NCBI RefSeq assembly: GCF_009914755.1
Contig: NC_060925.1
Strand: one strand, 5' to 3'
Source: the human T2T-CHM13v2.0 reference genome, Homo sapiens
Length of the DNA: 64,000 nt
The notes beneath the pieces are model-generated. The model saw nothing but the letters and a program-made list of their open reading frames with translations, searched no databases and was not told the DNA's origin. Position 1 is the first letter of the stretch. The number at the start of each line of letters is the position of its first letter. Positions 14,926 to 33,000 of this stretch are shown piece by piece. A program made the translations under genes and the position numbers.

Positions 14926-16124
14926 AACCATACATTTAAAGGTTAAAGTAGCTTGAAAGAAGGCTGTAAGAAAGGTATCTAAATTCTGAAAATGCACAAA
15001 GACTGGGAATACTATGACCAAACCAAGCGAGAGACAAGAGGTCTCGGGCTCACTGTTTCTCCATTCCTCCACCTTGCTGGGCTGTGCTGGCGTTTACTGC
15101 ACTTTGGGTTTAGCTGCTACCACTTGATGAAGAAAACCATTAATACATCAAGAAAAATCACTTAATAAACCAAAGAGACGACCACATTAACTCAATAGCA
15201 TCCCCCCACTTGTCAATTCTATGTGAATTAATTCTTGTCATAGAAACATGAGTAGGCGCAGAAAGGACTTCATTTGGCAGACGGGTTCTCTGTGTGTGTT
15301 CCCTCATACTCCCCGATATAACTGGTCGCAGCTCCATTCCCATCTCAGTCTATCAAAAAAACTATGCCTGCTGCTCAAGGCTTTTCTCAACTGATACCTT
15401 CCCTTTATTAAGCCTTTCCTGACCATCGCCTCCAACCAAGATATGAGGAACACAGACTTTTTTCTCCTAAAGATATTTTTACTCACACTTCACATTAAAT
15501 TTAACACATACTTATGGTTGTTGTTCTATTACTGTTATTACTAGAGGTAGCTTAGGAGGGCTGCTGGAAATTCAAGGGGGAAAGCTAGAACTTCCCAGGG
15601 CTTTGTAACATCTCTTCAGACTGGATTTTAGTCCTAATTCTGCCACCAGCTTCCTGGTTAATCTCAGGTAAGTCACTCCCTCCCCGTTTCTGGGCTTTAA
15701 ACAAACTCATTTTTCAAAATATCTTTATTATTGTAACTTTTGAATGACATTTTAGAAGTCCCTGTAAACCTCTAGTATGCACAGAACTTTAAAAAGCTGA
15801 AGTGAGAATAGCCTTCTAGACTTTTTGCCACATGAATATATACAAACATAAAAGCATTTTACACTGAATTAGACCATGCCATCCGTATCGTACTGTGACT
15901 TAGTTTACTGTATTCACTTAAAACTTGATTTCAGTACACAAAGAAATCTCCTGCAGTTGTTTTACCTGCTGCATTATTAGAAAAAAATATAATTTAACAA
16001 TCCCCCATTGATTAAATTACCCTTTAAATGTTTAAGCTTTTCTTAAAACTAGGAAAGTAATACATGCATTTTTTTAAGTATTGAAAATTTTCCTTTCCCT
16101 AATACACTCTATCTTGGGTGATAA

Positions 16125-16478
<354 letters not shown>

Positions 16479-17008
16479 TGACTTTTGTTACAGCATTATT
16501 TTACACTGTCAGTGATTATTTTTAATTCATTAAATTCTATTCCATAAATAGATCCCAGTCCTCTGTGCTTTCTCAGTTGATTTTTGGAGACAGATAGTCA
16601 ACAGGCAGCATTCACAATATTATAATTATATATCTATTACTCACTGTAGAACTAAGTATTGTGGAACAGCTCCACAGGGGAGGAAATGCAATCTTATGCC
16701 ATTCAACTTCTCCTGTTTGAAACAAAATATCCCAAGAGTCAAGCAGATTTCATTTTCGTTTTTTTGCTTTTCTTTACTTTACCTGCAATTCTTTCTTACA
16801 TCTCAGATTATCTTCTTTCTTGGATTCTTCTACCATTTCATTGCAGAAACTCCTTACATATATTATTTCATATAAGAAGCCTAGATAATTAGATAAAAAA
16901 TAGCTTATATCCATGCATATTTGAGTATCTTTCTATCACTGCCTTCTTACTTAACAAATAGTTTTGGCTACATGAGATTTTTGGTTCAAAGTTATTTTCT
17001 TTGTTTGG

Positions 17009-21298
<4,290 letters not shown>

Positions 21299-21299
21299 A

Positions 21300-21850
21300 A
21301 AGTTATTTATCTTTCAGAACTTTGAAAGTACTGTTCCGTGATCTTCTAGAATTAAATGCTGCATATGAGAAATGTGATTTTAGTCCAGTTCCTGCATGTT
21401 TTGTCACTTATTTTTTCCCTCTAGGGGAATATGTTGGTATATATATATTTTCTATGGAGTTCTAAAATTTTACTAGGAATAATTGAGTTTTTGACTTTTT
21501 TAAATCATGTGATTCAACACATAGTGAGCCCTTTCTATCTGAAGAATTATAAGGCTTTTTTCAGCTTTGTGAATAATGCTTTTATCATTTCATTGACTAT
21601 TTCCACCCCTCTATCTTAACTATCACCTGCCTCTGGAAATCCTATTAGAAAGACGTTGGTCTTCACAGATCTTAACCCCCAAGTTTCTGATTTCCCAAAT
21701 TATCCATTAATCAGTTATACTGTACATTATATATATGAATATTCTGGGAGGTTTCCTGAACTTTCCTTTCAAAAATCAGTCTTTGGCTAAATCTATTCTA
21801 TTTGTTGGCCCATATATCAAATGTTTTGTTATGAAATCATTCTAATTCTT
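21300..21850 (-). mobile_element. Old L1M fragment, continuing the piece at ~16800-17000 that the L1PA split
   Basis: aatagttttggctacatgagatttttggttcaaagttattt...ctttcagaactttgaaagtactgttcc resembles antisense old L1 ORF1. Confidence 0.5.
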
Positions 21851-22048
21851 GGAAAGAGTTTTAACTATTTCAATATTATTTTGAATCTTACTTTGAAAGT
21901 TTGGTGTAGAAAGAATTCTTACTTGATGGACTAAGAACACAAGAGATTGAGAGTTAAAATTAGAAAGAAATAACATTCTACACGTTTTGTAAAAGGTGGG
22001 GATTTTTTCCTTATTTTTAAAAAATGAATAAAAGCCAACCAATCTTTG

Positions 22049-22093
22049 TTGGGCATGGTGGCAAATGTCTATAGTCCCAGCTACTTGGGAGGC
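22049..22093 (+). mobile_element. Truncated Alu/FLAM fragment
   Basis: ttgggcatggtggcaaatgtctatagtcccagctacttgggaggc. Confidence 0.75.
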
Positions 22094-22142
22094 ATATATG
22101 TGTATATACATATATATACACGTATATATGTACATATATGTG

Positions 22143-22349
22143 TATATATATATTTTAACATGGGACTCATATATATATATGAGTTAAAAAAACATTTTAT
22201 TTCATTAATATCTCTTGTACATGGGAAACTGTCACAAAGCAGTTTCTTCTCTTTTTACTGTACTCTAAACATAGACTATATATAAAAGAGGTTAGCTATA
22301 GTTCCTGAGTCAGCTACTCATCACTCATTTCCCACACCTAAAAGAGGCC
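22143..22349 (+). repeat. Dispersed direct repeat, copy 1 (~210 bp; partner 25615-25827)
   Basis: Manual alignment gives 11 substitutions plus microsatellite/homopolymer length differences. Confidence 0.97.
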
Positions 22350-23236
22350 AAGGACACTTAAATGTAAATTCATTGTACTTTTCACCTTTTTGAGTGACCC
22401 CATTTTATAGGTATCTTGGGGCTAGCTATTTGCACATCAGACTTTTCCATTCTGAAATGCTGACTCAATTCACTAGAGAGAAGGATTCTACTTGTGAGTG
22501 TGGAAAAAAAAAAATCCTGACTTTCTAGATCATTTTCCCTATTCACTTTGGATAATACCACTTTATAAATAGGATTTGATGCATGCAAAGCAGCAATCTG
22601 AAAGGACCGGCAGTATATACTATAAGCACTTATTATAGTATTTGTAAATGCCTTATTAACGGCAAAATAGCTTTGAAACCATCCATGATATGTACCACAG
22701 CTAACTCAATTTGACAGTGAAAGATGCTATGTCAGTCTGTTACGGCAGATATAAAACATGTACCATATGAGTAGATCCTTGGCATATGTTATAAAAATTA
22801 CTTTTGCTTTATATTTTCTAGTTGTGTAAAAAGGGACAAGAAGCACTCCTAACACTGTTTTCATTGGACTCTTCCACACTGCCTTCTGTTGCCTACTATA
22901 AACAGTTAAATATATCTTCTTTTACTATCTGGCTACAGCAGTTTTCTGTATATAAAAATTTTTCCACTCTACTATGAATTGGGTTTATATGGACTCCATC
23001 TAAACATTATTCATGAACTATTCTGAATACATACCAAATGATACCCCAGTGATCTTCAAAACGCTGAAGTTTCAATTTTCTTTAATTCTGCTATCAGGCC
23101 AGGCAAAGCATTCATCTCAGTGAGGCAGCCTGCCTCTTAGGCATCATTAATGTTTTAGATTTTCATAAATTCCGCTATGGCTAAATAGACCAAGAACCTG
23201 AACTCCATAGAGTTCCTAAAAGAATTCAGCAGCTAC

Positions 23237-23278
<42 letters not shown>

Positions 23279-23326
23279 TTTTATTTCCAAGATGAAGTTT
23301 AAAAATAAGAATAAAAACTGGCAACA

Positions 23327-23605
23327 GGCCAGACATGGTGGCTGAGGCGAGCGGATCACTTGAGCCCAGGAGTTGCAGACCAGCCTGGACAACATGGCAA
23401 GACCCTGTCTCTAGTAAAAACACAAACATTAGCTAAGTGTGGTGGCACATGCCTGTAATCCCAGCTACTCAGGAGGCTGAGGCACGAGAATCTCTTGAAC
23501 CTGGGAAGCAGAGGCTGCAGTCAGCCAAGATCGTGCCACTGTACAAGATCGTGCCTGGGTGACAGAACGAGACTCTGTCTCCAAAAACAAACAAACAAAA
23601 AACAG
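23327..23605 (+). mobile_element. Alu (J/early S) with internal deletion and short duplication
   Basis: ggtggct|gaggcg lacks ~30 bp; caagatcgtgcc occurs twice. Confidence 0.85.
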
Positions 23606-25583
23606 AAATACTGGGAATAAAAGTATTTTTGAAACATGTAGATCCTCTTTTATTAAGAAAGAGGCAGACATCTCACACTTAGGAAAATCTCAACCCTTAA
23701 AGAGAGAAATGAAATAGAAATTTTACAAATCAAAACAAAAGTAAAAAAAAATCAAAAATAACAGATTTTTATCTAAGAAATTAAAATTTCAGATTTAACG
23801 TGGAAAATATCTGAAAAATGTTGTGATTATGAATAAGCCTTATGACATTTCTGCATCACTTCCTGACTTATAGACCTATTTCTCTAAATTGATATTCATT
23901 CTACACCAATGAACCACTAAAGGCCTTGTTCATCAAGATTCCAGAGGTGATTTCTATTCATATTTTGCTATGAATACACCAAACTGTATGAAAAGTTAGT
24001 TTTTTTCCATTTCTGTAAATATAAGTTTAATAAAATACAACCACAGATAACACACCAGGCCAATGTCTCAGTCAATTACCAACTTAGCCATGTTTTCCTA
24101 TCCAAAAAATTCATTTGTTTTTGGTGACAGTGGTGATGAAATCATTTATTTACTTATTTTTCATTTGGTTTTCATGAAATACTTGTTCCAGTTTGTTCCA
24201 TGTAGGTTTTGAGAAAGATTACAGTATTTTGTTGTTCTAATAAACTGAGACATTCAGTTCTATCAGACAACGATCTTACTTTTATTCTAGCTGCCAGAAA
24301 AGTCACAGCTAAAGTTGACATTCAATTATGGTGGCTTTCTTTAGTTAAAAAAATTAATAAAACGTTCTTCTCTTCCCCTTTACTACCTAACTTTTGCCTT
24401 TGTTCTTACGGTATGATCCTTGATCTTACTGTATCTGTAGTTTTATTTTAAGTAAGAAGTGAGGACTCTGGACATTGCTCTAGTTGTTCAAATGAGATTC
24501 TATGTGGATTGTAAAAATATATTTTTCTACTGGAAAGTAAGTCTATTTGAGTAGCTAGGGCTCCTGTTGTAATAGAAAGGGTACCAATCCCAAGTAATAT
24601 GATTTCTAAAATGAAGTCATTATCATAAGTGGAGTATATTATTTCAAGTGAGTAAAACTTTTGAAGAGTGAATTGTTCATATTCTGGGTTATGTATGCAT
24701 TTGTTACGGTCAAGGAAGCTTGAAGCTTCAAATTCATAAATAAATTACATCAAATGCAATAAGAATACCACCTACTGGACACTTTATAATATGCATTAAT
24801 AGTATATTTATGACTTTATTTAATTTCTAAAATGGCCCTATGAAGTTATTTTTAGAATTTTCATTTTACCTATGTGGAAACTGAGCCACAGAGAAGATGC
24901 CCAAATAACAGTATTTCTGCAGAAATCAAAACCCAATTTGCCTGACTCCAACATTTACACTATATATATTTTATACATATATACTATATATATATATAAC
25001 ACATATATTACACTGTTTAATATAATTACAGTCTCACATAGGGATGAATTCGATTATTCAGATAATTAAAATGTTTTTTAAAAGAAAATAATATTCAGCA
25101 TATTTCTTCGTTAGTTATATGTTAAAATACGAAGATACACATCAAACTACTAAATCAACTAAGACTAAATGCTCTTTTGTATATAACTCCCTTATTAGAC
25201 CTGAATGTTACAGAATTGTAAACTTAATTTGGCAGCTGATCTGAATCCAGGTCGCTACTCTGTAGTCAGCTGTGTTGTATGACTCTGCACTGAGACCCAG
25301 AGGAACCACAATGAAAAATTAGCTGCTCAGTATAACGAATTGCCAGATGCTGGACTCAAGTAGGTAATGACATTTGAAAGCATGTGTGCAAGTACAGAAG
25401 AAAATTCTGAGGTCCCAGATCTCAAATTTTATGTGTTATAAGCAAAATGCTAAAATCTCAAGTTCCATTTTTAAAAATTAATTAAATAATTATTTATAAC
25501 GTGTGTCTAGGCAACCACACATTCAACAGACTACCAGGACAGATTTTGCCTCTAGCACTGTGGTTTAAGAAAGAGAAGGATAA

Positions 25584-25624
<41 letters not shown>
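25584..25624. repeat. (CT)n(TA)n compound microsatellite
   Basis: Seen directly. Confidence 0.95.
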
Positions 25625-25626
<2 letters not shown>

Positions 25627-25827
25627 TTAACATGGGACTCATATATATATATATACACACGAGTTAAAAACATTTTATTTCATTAATATCTCTTGTGCAT
25701 GGGAAACTGTCACAAAGCAGTTTCTTCTCTTTTTTCCGCACTCTGAACATAGACTATATATAAGAGAGGCTAGCTGCGGCTCCTGAGTCAGCTACTCATC
25801 ACTCATTTCCCACACCTAAAAGAGGCC
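25615..25827 (+). repeat. Dispersed direct repeat, copy 2 (GC-richer)
   Basis: See copy 1. Confidence 0.97.
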
Positions 25828-26089
25828 TTTTTGTTTGGCAAAATGCTTCCCAAAGTAAATAGAAACGACAGTTAACACTTTTTATTTTCTAGCTAAGAGT
25901 CACCTATTGCCTTCAAAAAAATAAATTCTTCTAGTAGATTCCAGAATTTGCTTTGAAAAATTTTGGTAGACTTTTATCCTTAAAAAATCCAGGTAGCAAG
26001 AGAACCTGGATAAGTACTGCCTGGATTAGCGAGCGGTTATGAGCAAACGCTATCTGAGAAGTAAGTTTTCATGAGTGATGAGAACATAC

Positions 26090-26192
26090 CCTTTCCTGCT
26101 TCGCTGTCCCCCACCATCAAAATCCCTCTTGCCACCTTGCTGAAACCAACCGTTGCAGAGATTCATTCTATTGATGTAAGGTTGGGTCTCAA
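26090..26192 (-). other. Candidate alternative or non-coding exon (103 nt)
   Basis: Minus-strand acceptor ctctctgcctgttaactatttcag| and donor AAAGG|gtatgt, in unique sequence. Confidence 0.3.
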
Positions 26193-26721
26193 CTGAAATA
26201 GTTAACAGGCAGAGAGCATATCTCTTTTGAAACTGTATTTGGAGTAAAAGGTTCGGATACTGAGCCACTGATAAGGTGTTTGGAGGAAATTGTTTCATAA
26301 AACTGAAAAGCAACCGTAAGAAAATAAGGTTGGAGCCAATATGACAAGAACTGATGATGTAACGATTCTGCCCAGAATGTTCTGACCATGTCATCAAATC
26401 ATGCCCTCTAAGCAATACAAGACACACAAGAGAAGTCTTCACAAAACACACGCTGGGCTCTCACACACTCATTTTCGGATTTTGAAGGGATTTCACAAGA
26501 TTTCAAATCTGCCCAGATCATCTCAAAATTGTTCATTTCTAAACTTGAAGTGTCTCCCAACAGAGACTTTTTGGAAAGTAATTTGGGCAGGTCGTTTGTT
26601 CCCATTATCAATTACCGGTCAGTATGTAAGTAGCTCTCTTCCCATGTCAAAGCTGCCCCTGGCCTTCCTCTTGCTCATGCTCTAATTGTGTTATTAGTCA
26701 GGCTCCAAAGTCTGAGTGTAG

Positions 26722-27087
<366 letters not shown>

Positions 27088-27238
27088 GCTCTCTGACTTC
27101 TTTTACCTAATTCACAGTATTTCTCTGAGGGTCAAATAAGATCAAGAACAAGATGCAAAAACTACAAAGTGCATTTTAAAATAGGTGATTACTGGGATTT
27201 TTTTTTAGTATTTGATTTTTTTATAGTATGATCATTGC

Positions 27239-27542
<304 letters not shown>

Positions 27543-29086
27543 TGATACTCCACACAAAACACAGAAAATACAACACAAATATGGAAACTATTAAACAATT
27601 ATTTCAGGTTTTAATTCACAAAAATGCACCCAGTATGGATCCTAGTTTTTTTTTTTTTTTTGTATTTTTTTTTGTAATTTCCTAAATGTACTGGGATAAA
27701 ATATTTCTGAAAAAATAAGCTCTATAAAAATTTTCAATTAAGGTTATATTTGATCATCATAGTAGTACAGCCCAACAAAACAGTTTTACCTAAAGTAACA
27801 TGAAAAATATAATTTCTGTTTCACCCTTAAAAAATGTGTGTTTGTATTTATGTACTTCCAAAACTTTTTCTTATCAACTAATAAGATCAGGTCACGTTAA
27901 GTCTATTGATCTCACCTTTCACTGTAATATCTGCTTTGGCAACTGTTCCTTAGACACAATGTTCTCCAAACTCAAAAGTTATTTCCCCATTGGATAGGTG
28001 ATTTTGTACTGTTTATATTAAACTTTATCTCTTTTCTTCTAAGAGCAGCTCCCCCAGGTAGTCAAGTCTGTTCCATGTTAGCTTACTTTCAAATTAAGTC
28101 ACCTTCTGGCATGACACAATTATAGAGCACATTAATAACTGCAGGCACCTGCAGAATAAATTCAAACGCATTCCTTTCCCTCCCCCTCTCTTGATATATA
28201 CCTGCAAAACTGTCTAAAAATTCTAAAAAATCTAAAACTCAAAAATGGTCTTCTCTATATTCCTGTGTTCCTCCTTACTGATACTAGGTTCTAATACTCT
28301 GTCTTCTAAAACCTGGCAACACTATCTAATCTATTCTCACCCTGTGATGACTGTGACTGCTGAAACCTCATTTTCATAGTCCAACATTCAAATCTTCAAT
28401 TGTTGCTTGACAAACTCAGTTATCATGGAATAGCTACCTGAAGAAAACAGCTGAATTCAGTACACTATTTTCAGTGACTGCAAAACTATAATACACAATA
28501 CAGATATTTTTCACATAAACTAGGTGTAAAAATACAATGTTCACACTTCATATGAGAATATTTTATTTCTAGAAATAAATCTTCACCAGTCCAAACACGT
28601 AAGTTTACAGAAAGTCAGTAAGAAATCATTATATTTATATAGCACCTTGACCACTACAAAAGCTGCTCACTGATAATATCAGAAATAATCAATAGGCTTA
28701 TAACACTGCCAAAATGGTAGCAGAGTATCGTGTGTCTATTGAGTCTGAAATTAAATTGCAATTTAAGGTCCATCTCTTAAAGCTATATTCATGTATTTAG
28801 AACTCTATCAAACAAAACAAGAAAAAAATTACTTTGACGTACATCTTTTAAAGATGAATATGAAACTTTGGACAATAAATACTACTCTCCCGAATCAACT
28901 TTTAAAGTGCAACCATCTTTTAATGATAGTTAACTGCTTTAAGAAAGCAATAAACTAAAATGTAAACCTGAAAGCCCACTATCTTAAGCTCTTTTAAAAA
29001 TTAAATACACCAGCAACATTTTGAGACTCAAAATTAATTTACTTCACTCAATCCTATGCATAAGTTTGGCAATTTGTTTCAGATGC

Positions 29087-29234
29087 TATTTTTTCTGTAA
29101 TTTTTGTGGGTACATAGTAGGTGTATATATTTATGGGCTATATAAGATGTTTTGATACAGGCATGTAATGTGAAACAAGCACATCAACAAGAATGGGGTA
29201 TCCATCCCCTAAAACATTTGTCCTTTGGGCTACA
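29087..29234 (-). mobile_element. L1MA-type 3' end fragment
   Basis: tttttgtgggtacatagtaggtgtatatatttatggg...ggggtatccatcccc. Confidence 0.75.
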
Positions 29235-29531
29235 TGTCATTTCCTAATGTAAAGAAAATGGACAGACAGAACCAACATTGATTTGACTGGGTGAAAAAGT
29301 CCATTTGAGTTGGGAGCAGGGGTTGTGTTCCTGGATTTGGGTTGTTAGGACAGTATAAAAAGGCTTCACAGGGGAACATTCTTTTCTGATAAAGGAAAGC
29401 AGCTGGGTTGGCTTCAAATAGCAGTGACTTTACTTGGAATATTCACAGGTAAGCTGCAAATATAAAACACCTTCCACAGAGTGTTATTTTGTAATCGGGG
29501 CTTATCTCAAGTGCAAGAACCTCCAGCCTAC

Positions 29532-29872
29532 AGCTTTAGTAGGTGCCTCAGACACTGTGCCCGGCTTTAGTAGGTGCCTCGGACACTGCGCCCGGCTTTA
29601 GTAGGTGCCTCGGACACTGCGCCCGGCTTTAGTAGGTGCCTCGGACACTGCGCCCGGCTTTAGTAGGTGCCTCGGACACTGCGCCCGGCTTTAGTAGGTG
29701 CCTCGGACACTGCGCCCGGCTTTAGTAGGTGCCTCGGACACTGCGCCCGGCTTTAGTAGGTGCCTCGGACACTGCGCCCGGCTTTAGTAGGTGCCTCGGA
29801 CACTGTGCCCGGCTTTAGTAGGTGCCTCGGACACTGTGCCCGGCTTTAGTAGGTGCCTCAAACACTGTGCCC
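29532..29872. repeat. CpG-rich minisatellite, 31 bp x 11
   Basis: Unit ggctttagtaggtgcctcggacactgcgccc; copies 2-8 identical. Confidence 0.98.
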
Positions 29873-29899
29873 ACGTACTCTGAATGGCGTATACACAAT

Positions 29900-30060
29900 G
29901 ATAATAAAAGATAACACAGTGTTTGCTAAGTGCCAGGTACAACTACAGGTACCGTACCAGATAGAAACTGTTATTATAACCATTTGACAGATAAAAACAC
30001 TAAAGCACACGGAGATGAGTGAATTTGCCCAAGGTCACATAGACAGTAAGCAGTATGAAG
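29900..30060 (-). mobile_element. MIR fragment
   Basis: catttgacagataaaaacactaaagcacacggagatgagtgaatttgcccaaggtcac. Confidence 0.7.
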
Positions 30061-33000
30061 AAACATATGTATAACTGCACTGACTCTAAAATATTATAAA
30101 TTTATTCTGTTAAAGGTTTCTGTTTTAAAAAAAATCCATGCATTTATTAAAAGTAGCTTTTTTCTCAGATTCACTTATAGCAAGACTTTATTACATATTA
30201 ACTTATCACTGGGTACAAACCACCTGGTTCTAAAGACGTCTGTCCTGATTACTGTAGGGACTGTTATATATGAGGCAGAGGCATCTTTTCATTATTATTA
30301 TTTCCCAAAACCTATAGAATTTGTGTATAGCAGTTATAGACTATGTCTGAAATAGTTATATTCACATAACACTTAATAATCACATTTAAGTATCCACTAA
30401 CAGAACAAAGCCTGTTACTATGGTAAATAAATACACACAGTTCTATCACAGAGCACAGAAGTCATCAAGCAGATAATATTTTCTTCATTACACACTGAAA
30501 CTTGTGACCCGCTAACAGCATAAAATAATGTTTAATATTTAATACCATGTGATGGCAATACTCAACCAAACATGTATTTCAAATGATATGTTATTTGACA
30601 TTTCAATTTCAGCTCAAAAGTACTTCTAAAAAGGATGAAAATATGTGCCTGAAACTGATAGTTTGAATTTAATAAATTTTTCTGGGATTGTTGTGTTTTG
30701 AACTTTAATTTTAGAACCAAGGGGGTACATGCGCAGGTTTGTTACCAGGGTATATTACATGATGCTGAGGTTTGGGGTACAAATGAGCCTATCACCCAGG
30801 TAGTGAACACAGTTTCCACCAGTTAGGTTTTCAACCCTTGCTCCCTCCCTCCAACCTCGAGCAGTCCTCAGTTTCTGCTGTTGCCATCTTTATGTCCATG
30901 AGTACCCAATGTTTAGCTCCCACTTCTAAGTGAGAACATGCGGTATTGGTTTTTTGTTCCCGTATTAATTCACTTAGAATAATGACCTCCAGCTGCATCC
31001 AGGTTGCTGCAAAGGACATGATTTTGTTCTTTCTTAAGGCCACATTGTATTCTGTGGTGTATATGTACCACATTTTCTTCATCCAGTCTACTGTTGCTAG
31101 GCACCTAGGATGATACCACATCTCTGCTATTGTGAATAGTGCAGCAATGATTCTTCCAATCCATGAGCATGGAATGTCTTTCTACTTGTTTGCGTCATTT
31201 CTGATTTCTTTCAGCAGTGTTTTCTAGTTCTTGTAAAAATGTTTTACTTCCTTGGTTGGATGTATTCCTAGGTGTTGTAGGTGTGTATATCTACTGCAAA
31301 TGAGACTGGATTCATTATTTGGCTCTCAGCTTGAACGTTATTGGTGCATAGAAACGCTATTGATTTCTGCACACAGCGATGAACATGCAACTATATGTCT
31401 TTTTGGTAGAATTATTTGTTCTCTTTTGGATATGTATCCATTAATGGGACTGCTGGATCGAATGGTAGTTCTGCTTTAAGCTCCTTGAGAAACCTCCAAT
31501 GGCGTTCCACAGTGGCTGAACTAGGTTTATATTCCCATCCACATAAGTACTCCCTTTTCTCTTTTTCTCTGCTGCCTCACCAAAATCTGTTGTTTTTTAC
31601 TTCTTAATAATAGGCATTCTATTAAAAAAACTTTGTCAGATGTGTAGTTTGCCAACATTTTCTCTCATTCTGTAGACTGTACACTCTGTTGATAGTTTCT
31701 TTTGATGTGCAGAAGTTCTTTGGTTTAATTAGGTCCCACCAGTCAATTTTTACTTTTGTTGCAACTGCTTTTAAGGACTTAGCCATAAATTATTTGCCAA
31801 AGTCTATGTCCAGAATGGTGTTTCCTAGCTTCTTATAGTTTCAGATCTTAAACTTAAATCTTTTCCCCATCTTGAGTTAATTTTTATATAAGATGAAAGG
31901 TAAGGGTCCAGTTCCATTCTTCTGCCTATGGCTGGCAAGCTGCCCCAGCACCATTTATTGACAGGGAGTCCTTTCCTCATTGCTTATTTTTGTCTACTTT
32001 ATCAAAGATCAGATGGCTGTAGGTGTATGGCTTTATTTTGGGGTTCTCCACTCTGTTCCACTGGTCTATGTGTCTGTTTTTGTACCAGGACCATGCTGTT
32101 TTGGTTATTGTACCCTTATAGTATAGTTTGAAGTCAGGTAATGTGATGCCTCTGGCTTTGGGCTTTTTGCTTAGGATTGCTTTGGCTACTTGGACTCTTT
32201 TTTGGTTCTATGTTAATTTTAGCATACTTCCAATTCTGTGAAAAATGACACTGGTAGTTTCATAGGAATAGTGTTGAATCTGTAGACTGCTATGGGCAGA
32301 ATGGCCATTTTAGTGATATTGATTCTTCCAATCCATGAGCATGGAATGTCTTTCCACTTGTTTGTGTCATTTCTGATTTCTTTCAGCAGTGTTTTCTAAT
32401 CCTTGTAAAAATGCTTTACTTCCTTGGTTAGATGTATTCCTAGGTGTTGTGCATGTGTATCTCTACTGCAAATGAGACTGGATTCATTATTTGGCTCTCA
32501 GTTTGAACGTTATTGGTGTATAAAAACGTTACTGATTTCTGCACACTTATTTTGCATCTGAAACTTTACTGAAGTCATTGATCAGTTTCAGGAGCCTTTT
32601 GGTGGAGTCTTTGGGACTTTACAGGTATATAATCATATCACTTGCAAAGAGAAATAGTTTCACTTCTTCTTTTCCTAATTGGATGCCTTTTCTTTTTTTC
32701 ACTTGACTGACTGCTCCAGCTAGCACTTCCAGGACTATGTTGAATAGGAGTGGTAAGAGTGGGCTTCCTTGTCTTGTTCCAGTTCTCAGGGAGAATGCTC
32801 CCAGTTTTTGTCCATTCAGGATGATGTTGGCTATGGGTTTGTCATAGATGGATCTTATTATTTTGATGGATCTTATTATTTGATGGATCTTATAATAATA
32901 ATAATTATTATTATTATTATTTTCCTTCAATGCCTGGTTTCTTGAGGGTTTTTATCATGAGGGGATTTGGGGTTTTGTGAAAAGCTTTCTCCGCATCCAT

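Noticed and set aside
22559-22597. 39-nt minus-strand micro-exon (IAALHASNPIYKV)
   Set aside because: Reasonable acceptor but weak donor (GTG|gtatta); peptide not recognised
26050-26451. 133-aa minus-strand ORF as a novel gene
   Set aside because: No recognisable domain; only the 103-nt part has splice signals and is kept as a low-confidence candidate
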